Shown piece after piece: positions 54,200-64,000 of a stretch of DNA of 64,000 nucleotides. Source of the DNA: Balanoglossus misakiensis (taxonomy: Eukaryota; Animalia; Hemichordata); the NCBI GenBank assembly GCA_040954595.2, contig CM082598.2, positions 186,001 to 250,000 of the forward strand, written 5' to 3'. The notes below the pieces were generated by a model, which worked only from the letters and a program-made list of their open reading frames with translations, searched no databases and was not told the origin of the DNA. The translations under genes and the position numbers were made by a program. Within the stretch, counting starts at the first letter, position 1, and the number at the start of each line of letters is the position of its first letter.

Positions 54200-54462
54200 C
54201 TGGGGTTAAAGGTCAAGGCATGGACAATTTACTTCTAGGATTCCAACAGTGGCTGGATAATGATCTAAGGGTAATGATGGTTTTTAATAATTCGGTGCAT
54301 ATATACCACGGGTAACTGTACTACAACTCTTATCAAACATGATGTTTAAAGGTTTTCTCGAGTCCCGACAAATTGAAGATAATCTTACTGCCGCACCTTC
54401 CTTGCAAAGATGAGTACGGACACACAATCAATTTGCATCTTGTATTAAAACCTGAAGCATAC

Positions 54463-54596
54463 CGTGTTTGTGTTAATTTGGTGCCAGTCTTGGCCTCCAT
54501 CTTCATGATATCATAAGCAGTGTTTACATCAGGTGTTAAGTTGACAATTGTGGTTGCCAGAGAACTAGCGACTGACTCGACTTCCCAATTATCCAT
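54463..54596 (-). CDS. Cys-rich-domain protein B, upstream coding exon
   Basis: gtgATGG at 54596 (MDNWEVESVASSLATT), with an alternative ATG at 54680. Donor CG|GTATGC at 54463/54462 is phase 2; exon acceptor tgtttgcag| at ~54688. The spliced product is about 317 aa. Confidence 0.6.
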
Positions 54597-57500
54597 CACC
54601 TCCAATAAAGAAGTGATATGACCATGAGGATTCGGACTATTTTGGACCGTCCGGCGACAGGGTAACAATATGGTTGTCATGACGATCTGCAAACAAGTAA
54701 AATAGTGACGTACATGTTGTGTACCACCTCTGATTAAAGTTTATCCTCAAATCAATACTAGGTAACCTTTTCAGATTTAGTGAGTTAGTATCTGCAGTGG
54801 TAACTGGGACTTACCTAATATGATACAAATTCAATTTAAAATGGAGGAAAAAGTGATGATAATGTCTGAATCAGTACAATTAGCGGACTCTGAGTGTCTC
54901 TCTCATTGATGGTCGACAGTATCCATGGCATTCGTTGACGAAAATTGTGTCGCTGGTGCGGTGGTCTCTGAACTTCGTCTTTGTATTTTCATTCACTGGC
55001 GTTGTCGGTTCGTCACATTATTCATATCAAAGTGGACACCTTGATCTGACAGCTTGATCTGTACAGCAAAGCCAAGTTAAATGTACCGTTATATAACCTA
55101 GCGATAGCGTACCGAACTCAATGGTAATCACTGCTTATCGCGGTCGGTTTGTTTAGCTACCAGCGCTGTGAATCTGTGTGGATTGTGATAATCAGATTAT
55201 CAACCCTAGAGTCTAAACAAACCCGAAATCTCCCAGGCGTTGCCAAGGGAATTAATTTGCTTGTATTATCATTTTACAGTTAGCAGGTCGTTACCATGGT
55301 TGTACTGTTTAATTGCACCGGATCTTTTTGACCGAACACACGTACGAAGGCTTATGGAAGGTTTTGAAATTTACGACGAGTTTATTTCTGGTCCTTAAAC
55401 TGTGCTCTGTTGTTTGGTATGTTGGACCAAATAAGCTCACCATGTTGCGCGGTAAAAAAAATCACAAAGGTGAGATTCTTTACTTTGTCGCCTTTACGAC
55501 AATGAAATTGATATTAACGCAAATACCAATGCTTACGCCCGGGGTGATCGGATCTGACTGAAGCAATCAAAAAATGGACCCAAGAGATCAACCCACGGCT
55601 CTCTAACAACATCATGATTAGAAACCATACCATTTACATCACGTGATCACAGTTAGAAAATAATGACAACACGTCACCAGTCAATGTCTTACCTTATTCC
55701 ATTGATATTTTCAACATAGAATACTCGATTTAAAACAAAAACGCGTTGAATTAGCCCCGGAATCAGTATCTACAACTTTCTGCGGCCGCCTTTGCACACT
55801 GTCTTCCGTTTAAAGTTTTTACAGTGGGTTATACGGCCGATGACGTCATGACGGAAGCTTTTGATCCATAGGCCGTATGGGTATTAGGATTTTTATTAAC
55901 TCGCATAAAAAATCAGAGACAAGCATCGTTGATTGATTGGACTTAATTGGCCTTTTAGATGCCCCTTCTTGCTGTGACCATCACGTGATAATGAATTATC
56001 TGAAACCAAATGGGTTTACCCAGTCGCGTTCAACCAATGTGCCGGTATATTTAATTATTTGGAATAAAGCGCATTTGTTGACCTTCAACAGGCCGGGACA
56101 AAAACATTTATTTTCCGTTTAAGCGGTTAAGCTGAAACAAGTCAGCTTATAGAAAAATATTACGTAATACAAACTCATTGTCCAATACCAGAAGTAGTGT
56201 CTTTACTGAGACAAAATCGATTGACTATTAAAAAGGGTTATGCGTGAAAAGTTGACAGAAACCATGACTTCAAAGACCAATATAACTACTGGTCACACAC
56301 AGCCAACGCAAAGACAACTGAGGCAAGCTATTTCCCCCAAAAGGCAAGATTTAAGACTGTTGAAATTGGCCTTTGGTTAGGCCCTACACCAGACAAAGTT
56401 GTACGTTTCAGTATATTTTAATGTTGTAAAAGTCTCATAATTTTGCACATAATCAATAGTATTACATTCTGGAATATAAAATCTCAAAGATGAAGAAGTC
56501 CGGTCATGGCTTCTACTGGTGTTAACTAGTCCATGGTCGTTGCACATCAAGTTCTATCAATGTTACGGAAATATGGCGTTGCTTGATCTCCACACACTCT
56601 GTCCTTTGGATTGGAGCTTTCCTGTAAGTAAAATTCAAAATTCAAGTCAGAATACTTTCATATTTTCATGTACATTCAATATGAAATACAGTTGATATGA
56701 TCATGCGAAGGGATTTAACAAATATTGTAAGAGCTTTTATTCTAGCTTAACCTTTTAACGACCAGGGTTTGGTCCAAACATATCGTTTTCTTCAGAGAGA
56801 AAGAATATTACTCCACCTGGTAATGCTATACATATATTCCAACCCAGAGACACAGGAAAAGAACGCCAAATCCCATAAAAAGACTAGCCACTAGTGAGAT
56901 CAACATTTCCTTGTACAAATCACGGGTGAACTTTGTTGAGGTCACTTCATAGCTGAAAATTGTAAGTCAAGGAACACGAACATAGTCATTATACTGTTAA
57001 CTATGCAATTTTTGTGCACTGATTTTCTTCGTCTCAACCAAGAATACTTTCTTGACCACCAAACCAAAACAAGTTGATGCTGTGAGACCTCATAGAATGC
57101 AAACAAAATTTTCTTGTTACATTTCTGATTCAGTGAGTTTGGCCACTGAGGGCGCTATCTTCATAAGTTAGCTCAGGTCATGCATATGTTTGTTTACATC
57201 TTTACAACTACAAAATGATTTTAAAAATTATTATTGTACACGATTTTGATTGATAAGGATACACGAAAAACCATGCCATGAAGAAGATTCCAATGGCCAT
57301 CAAAACTATGGTGAGATGTGGGTATACTGCCGGATTTACCGGACTTACGTATCGAACCATGGACTCCACTGATGTTGACTGAAAATAGAGAGAGAAAATT
57401 ACAATATGACTAGTAAAATAGTCAGCCCAATAGGTCTAACTGCAGGGAGGGTTTTATTACTGATTACCGATCAGATACAGACATTGTTTTGATTCTTGAA

Positions 57501-58617
57501 ATGAACATTTGATCAACCCGGAAGTGATCATCACAATGTACCGAAATGATCATTTATTATTGTTTATCAACGCAGATAATTCTTGGAAAGCAATTAGTTT
57601 AATACTTCTCAGGCTCTCATTTCGATTGTCATATTAGGTTTATTTGCGTGGTAGAAATAATAAACACTTTGAATCCCATAGAGCTACGTACAACGCCACG
57701 TCAACACTGGCAAATTTGTAAACAAACCGCTGAACAGCTGGTACTCTAAGTGACAATATATCGAATTTCTTAACGTTCTATGTACATGAAATGTGGACTA
57801 ATAAAGTAAATATATAACAAGTTAAAAGATTTACGCCGAAATAACACTCGATGGTCACAAATTTAGCTCGATTGGGATAGATTTCGAAATTATTTTTTTA
57901 AACCCTACCATTTTGTCGTCTTCTAACCGGAAAAGGAAGTCAGAGAGGGAGTTTGTTTGTCAATCCTTTTCTCCAGTAGAGACGCTAGGGCAGGTTACCT
58001 AGTTATCTGATTGGTCGATACCATTTTTAACCAAAGGATGGTGTGAACGTGATTGTTTATTAAAAAGGAAAGTATTTTTCCCGTTGTTGAAAGAATTGTT
58101 TAAATTTTTATGGATACAGATGTCAATATTTAATTGACATGGGTTAGAATGGTGGTATAAAATCATTAAAATCTTTCACTGAAAACATTTTTAATACACA
58201 TCTGGTACGCACCCCTCCAAACATTAAGTATGGTACAGTCAAATCTCTTCTCTAATGTAACTATGATACCATAATGTAAATAGGTCCTTCTTACATGCTT
58301 ACAGACTTTGAATCTCCCGTCATTACAGACACAATACAAACTTGGTTGTGATTGAATTCATGTGTTGCTAGATTCTGTAAGTGTTTGCCAGGCAAAGGAA
58401 AGATATTATTACAGTCAACCGTTTGCGATCGACCCCGACATCTGCGTAAAATCACCGGATCTTTTAAGTTTAATATGAGTAACTGTATTGAAATGGAAAC
58501 ATTGTAATCACCTTGCAGATGGGAAATGGACATGGCAGGAAATTATACTGCGATCAGCCATGCAGTTAGATCTGTCTAACGCGTTCACCTTTTGATGTGA
58601 TTTTTTAAGTCCATAAA

Positions 58618-58698
58618 ATGACTTCAGAACTGTTTAGCCCGTTGTCAAAGGGGTATGGTTCGTGGGAGGACGGGGATCTCCAAGCACAAGACAATAAG
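58618..58698 (+). CDS. Putative first coding exon of KIAA2012-like gene (MTSELFSPLSKGYGSW...)
   Basis: aaaATG start and donor AAG|GTGAGT, phase 0, compatible with the exon at 60197. LSKGYG resembles the LSRGHG N-terminus I recall for KIAA2012. Confidence 0.5.
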
Positions 58699-60196
58699 GT
58701 GAGTTTTAAAAATGCGGTTTAAGTGAAATGTTTACAACTCCCATGTATATATACACTAATTCATGGGTATTTGTGAATAAAGCGACGACTTACAATAGCT
58801 TACGGGTGAGTAAAAATTTTGTTTGTTCAGGGCTGCATTTCTAAGCTCAGACAACTAAGGTCATTCAGTCGGTAAATCCGCGTAAACCTAAAGATTTCCG
58901 TAAACACACCCTGTCTTGGAGAAATTCCTTCCATAACTACATGTACCCGGTATTTAGACTGTGTTGACAGACAGTTTCATCGTAGTCTTACTTTCAGAGG
59001 TAGACCAAATATCTCTCTTGTTCTATCAGAACGAGGATTTGTTTTAAAAACCTTGGGTGAGAATAGTTGTACTTGTTATGTTTTAATGGTTACAAATCTC
59101 TAATGGCTGTTTAATAAATGTGAACTCCATTGAAATCTAGCTGATCCTTAAAGGAGAAAAATAATCATTTCTTTGTGACACCCACATGTCAGAAAAAGAA
59201 AGAAAGAATATTGTATTTGGGGGTTAATAATGTTACCAAGATAAAATGGAATTGAATAGGAGGTGTGAGAGAAGTACAATTAAATTGAATATAAAAAAAG
59301 AACAATCTTCAGATAGGAACCATTGAAGTTAAAACCACTTTCAGTTGAGATGTATTATTTTTATGATCTGTACATAAGTGAGGAAATTTTTGTGCATGTA
59401 ATAAAGTTATATCAAGTTGCATAAATATGATAGAATTATATGAATATGTAATATTTGTTAATTTTGTGTGTCATAATACTTGAAAAGGACTAAAAAAAGT
59501 CTTTTAATTTTGATGTGTAGTTAATTATTTTGGAATGGAAAGCAAGATGCTGTGTGAAAGTGTTTGAGCATTCTAAAAGTTTAAAACCAAATAAGGCATT
59601 AAGAGTATTCTACCAAGAAACTATTTTAATTGAAGAAAAAGAACACTTTTTATCACTTTCATAATTTTATTCAGGCATACAAGTATCATTACAATGCCTG
59701 CTTTCAATTTTGAAATATCTTTTGCTTCAGTATGATATGACCTATGGTACTTTGACATCATGCTAGGGGGTCAAAATATATTAGAATAATTGCATTGTGG
59801 GTAGAAAATGTTGATTGACAGCCAACTTCTGCAACTGTAGTAAGAGTTTTAAGAGATGACATATTTATTGTCTGTGTAGCATTTCTTCCAACTATCTGCA
59901 AATTCTGTCTTTGGAGTCAGAACTTGTCCATCTTAGTGATTTTTATTATTTTTCTGATATAAAATTTCTGTATGACTATTACCTGCAATTTATTAAACAT
60001 ATTGTAGAAATTCATAATCTTGAACTGAATTTTATCACTCACCTAGGTAGCAAAACCTATTTAAGTTAGTGGAAATTGGTCTTCATGTTCAGCTGTTTTA
60101 CATATCTCAAAAGTCAGAGGAAGAATGTTTAAGAGAATAAATTACACATTTTTTTCTTCATGGAAATACATGTATGTTAATTTCTTCTTTTTACAG

Positions 60197-60706
60197 ACAC
60201 TGCCAAGACCGATTCTTCCCAATCTTTTGGAAGCAGAAGATGTCGCCTTCAAAGACAAATCATTAAATATTCCACTACGAACTAAAACTTCACACTCTAT
60301 GGTCGCAGAACTTGTCAAAACGAAAAATGTCATGCCACCACCCGAAGAAACTTACACTGTCTACAGTCGGCCAAAAACAGCCACCACTACAAACAGATTC
60401 TCATCCACCACACCACGTGCACAAATCGCACCAACGAGGATTTCGCGAGCGAAGAGCGCTCCACCGGACAGTGCGCGGCATGAAAAACCAATAAAACCAA
60501 ACGGGGAACTTGTTTTACCGAAAACCTTTTTAACAAGACGTGGTGCAATGCTGCTATTTACAGCTCCAGACGATCTCAAATTTAGCCAAGAACAAAAATG
60601 TTACCAAGCAGGGCAAGATGGGTCTGCTGATATTTTTGATTTAGGATTAAAATTAAAGACAATGAATAAATTAACAGCATCAGTACTTCAGTATGGCCAG
60701 GAAATG
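60197..60706 (+). CDS. KIAA2012: Internal exon of a KIAA2012-like protein (gene presumably continues downstream; no further exon identified in this window)
   Basis: Acceptor ttttttacag| and donor ATG|GTAAGT, phase 0/0. LPKTFLTRRGAMLLFT and DLGLKLKTMNKLTASVLQYG resemble motifs recalled from vertebrate KIAA2012 (LPKTFSTRKGALILYS...LHTLQDL..AILAYG). The name comes from memory and was not searched. Confidence 0.65.
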
Positions 60707-60887
60707 GTAAGTACATTTACCTACTTCAGCACACAAATATAGAGTTGTTTTAATTATTAAATCTAAACTCTGTGAATAAATGAACGGTTGAAAATCATTT
60801 AGTTTTCATGAGGTTATTTGGACTGAACCATGGTGGTGAAAGGGTTAAGATCAACAGGTGGTTAACAGAAATGACTTAGGACCCAAT

Positions 60888-61232
60888 AGAGGCAAAGTCT
60901 TTCTCTCGCTGCCATTTTGCATTAATTTTGTTTGATACAAGACACCGTTTATGTTATTCTACATGTGGATATATAGTGAATCAACGTTCGACCACACACA
61001 ACATCCATCCTGTTTGTATGATAATAGAGTAAAAATCTCTCGCCAAAATGAATAAATTGTGAAGACTGACTGATTATTCATTTTGGCAAGCTTTTCACTC
61101 TCGTGTCTACAAGTGGGATGGAAGTTGTGTGTGGTCGAACGTTGATTCACTATATATCCACAACATAAACAATGTCTTGTATTAAATATAATTAATGGAA
61201 AAACGGCAGCGAGAGAGAGAGACTTTGTCCCT
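60888..61232. mobile_element. Foldback/MITE-like element with ~125-bp imperfect terminal inverted repeats, intronic
   Basis: AGAGGCAAAGTCTTTCTCTCGCTGCC...GTGGATATATAGTGAATCAACGTTCGACCACACACAAC is mirrored by GTTGTGTGTGGTCGAACGTTGATTCACTATATATCCAC...GGCAGCGAGAGAGAGAGACTTTGTCCCT. Confidence 0.8.
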
Positions 61233-64000
61233 TTAACAGATATGACTAGGCCCAATGAAGGACATTCTCCTTAATTCAAGTCACACTTTCCATTCTAGAC
61301 ACATTACATCAGATTTCTAAAACATCAATTCTGTGTCTAACAACTGAATAGCTTCTTATGGATTCATGGCAGTGTTTACAGACCTGGAATTAAAGTGATT
61401 GCGTAATGTAACACAGAGTTTCCATTTTGATTCTATTCAAGTAATTCGCTCCCAAAGTGACCTATTTGAGAACTTTGTTCTAGACATGGCAATAAAACCT
61501 CAAGATCAGTGGAACAATTAAAGTAGCTAAAGTATACTTGGATTTGCTAGCTAAGTTACCATGGTGCTCTGAGAAATACTCAGTTTCAGTTGTAATAACT
61601 TGGTAAAATTTGAACTATCTATTACAACCTTGGCACTATAACTTACTTTGCAGCGCACAAAAGAATTATTAAGCAAGTTAAGTTTCAGTGTTGTAAATTT
61701 CAAAATGTCAATTAAGTTTCTTGTCAGGTGTAAGACTGTCACCATTACTTGGTACATATGTCTACAACAACTTTTAAGACTTCAGCTGTTCAAGAGTTGG
61801 GGAAAGTCATCTCACTGCAATATATGCCCAGTCTCAGTGCCTTAGAAATCAAAACACTTAGAAACAGTGTCACCACAACATGAAGTTTTGAAATCTATAG
61901 GATGTCTGTACATTCAAGTAATTCAAGAGAATCACTGAACCACTGAAACCACGCTGTGTGTTTTCTGTCACTGAGAATTTCCCATGAAATCACTTTACAC
62001 GTTCTCCACAGTTGTGTACAGGTGTACATTACTCACAGAAATATTTTCAGCTTGTTGTCTGACAAACATAGTCTAATAATACTAAAGGGTTGTTCACAGT
62101 AGTGTTTATAACTCCAAAGTCAGCCTTGTGAATTATGGTTGATTCATTGTATTTGACACTCAGATAAAAAACAAATCTTACATTTTTGTTTTCTTAATTT
62201 GTCTTGCCCTTTAAGCCCTGGGATTAAGAAAATACACTGTTGAATTCATAAATAATTGCAGTCACAATAGAGTAAACTTCATACTCAGACGAGAATTTGA
62301 CAGAATGTTATAGTAAATGGTTGAACCAATATACTTAATTAGCTAGGTAACAGAGTCTCAAAGATTATCATAGCAACCATCAGCGTGAGATCTTGGCAAC
62401 AACAAACACTGTGATGGTGAAATGTATGCATGTATTGGTTCATGTACTTGAATTGCAGAAAATTGATCACCACAATGACAAATACATTTTTATCAATAAT
62501 ATTTTAGCCACAAGACAACAGTAATAATGAATATAGAATTCACATTTCTGATTTCAAATGTGACATTAATCAGTGCATCCTCAATGAGGTTCGTTACTGT
62601 TCCTACCTAACCTATGTGTAGCCCAAAGTTCCACTGTCAAATTTCATGTCTAAAATGCAATATTGCCGTCAAAATCAACAAATTCTACACTGTTAATAAC
62701 CATGTTCCTCGTTCCTCCTTACAACAAACCTGAATCACCCATGCCTACATTTACATGTCTGGCTGAGTAATAGAAAATAATGAGAGCTTGTTCTTCAATA
62801 AATACATCACGCACAGTATGTACAGTTGTGAAGATGTTAAATATACTAGTCCCAAACACGTCTCTATAGTAACGCAGTTTGCAACAAACAACAAATTAGG
62901 TGCAATTTATTATTTCACTGCTTTCAAGTTGTGTCATGCAAGGGCTGTTATCCATGTATGATTATCACTGGAGCATTAAGTCTCAAAAAATCGGGTGACT
63001 GACTTCCATTCTTTTCAAATAAATGCATTGATTTGCGTTCATTGGAGTGTGAACTCCTGAAAAAATACTTCAAACTGAGTGTTTACAACAACCAGTTTCT
63101 GTACATCACAGAATATAATCAGCTCTTTTCATCTGATCAAGATTCATTGTATTATCCTGTGACATTCAAGCCATCATTAGTCGCAGCAGACAGAGCTAAT
63201 GAGGATGAAGCAGCTTCATCTTCTCTCTGCTGTGGTGTTGCCATGGGAACAGTGTGATAGATGACTGGGCTCTGTTGGGCATTTTCCTCTCTTTGTGAAA
63301 GCATATGTAAAAAGGTTCTGCCACAGGCATACTGACTCAGGAGTGTTGCAAATCATTTTTCTTTTGTTACAAATGATAGGGCTGCCACAACACTATTTCT
63401 ACAATTTCTGAGAGAAAGTTTCTCCAAAATGTTTGTTGTTAGAGGCACGTTTTGGATGTGTATCAGTCCTCACTTTTCTCTTTTTGAAAACAAAATAATT
63501 TCTTAATTGGTTAAATTGTTTTGTGTTAAATGAACAGATGTACTAGCAATAACTCATTCGATACGATTCAGTAAACTGACATCATTCAACCACACAAATG
63601 TAGTAAAAATCCAATACCAATTCAATACCAAAATGTTCAGTGCATGATTTTGAAAGAACACAACAGATGGAAAATGTATATGATATCAATTCAGATCAAT
63701 AAAACTGAAAAGTGGGTTGTTTTGTTATAGAGTGTATGTTATTTGAGCAACTGAGCCAATATGAGTGTGCAGTTGCCATAGCAATAGCAGTTGTTGGTTT
63801 TCTCGTTGCTATGAGACCAAAAATTAAAACAATAGCTGCTTGTGTTGCTTAAGATGAATCTATGCATGAAATCGATACAGATCGCGGAGTGGTAATAATT
63901 GAATTTCAAAGTATTCTAGCTGCCATGTTTCGACTCTGTAATGCGTGAGCAAACATTTCATATATTCTATGTGTACTGAACCATACTCTGCTTAAAATAA

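Noticed and set aside
58831-59055. Candidate small exons between the KIAA2012-like exons
   Set aside because: Splice-like sites exist, but I could not build a stop-free, phase-consistent path with recognisable motifs.

Overview
This is AT-rich animal (eukaryotic) genomic DNA with spliceosomal introns and microsatellites. The vertebrate-like ASCL1 C-terminus suggests an invertebrate deuterostome, possibly a hemichordate; this is inference. The left half holds two same-strand achaete-scute bHLH genes: a clear ASCL1/ASH orthologue (21.3-21.8 kb) and a divergent ASC-family gene (10.4-10.8 kb). They are separated by a tandem-repeat-carrying, Helitron/Helentron-like element, and about 12 kb with no credible coding sequence lies upstream of ASCL1. 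The right half is gene-dense. It contains a two-exon protein with an unrecognised N-terminal domain and about 25 ankyrin repeats, an atypical class-A GPCR with a mucin-like ectodomain, and a ~1200-aa disordered protein. It also has a nested transposon cluster, a tandem pair of paralogues sharing an unrecognised Cys-rich domain and a phase-2 intron, and the 5' exons of a KIAA2012-like gene. X-box (RFX)-like and CRE motifs recur near the last four genes. All exon models were inferred by hand from splice signals and reading-frame phase, with no transcript or database evidence.
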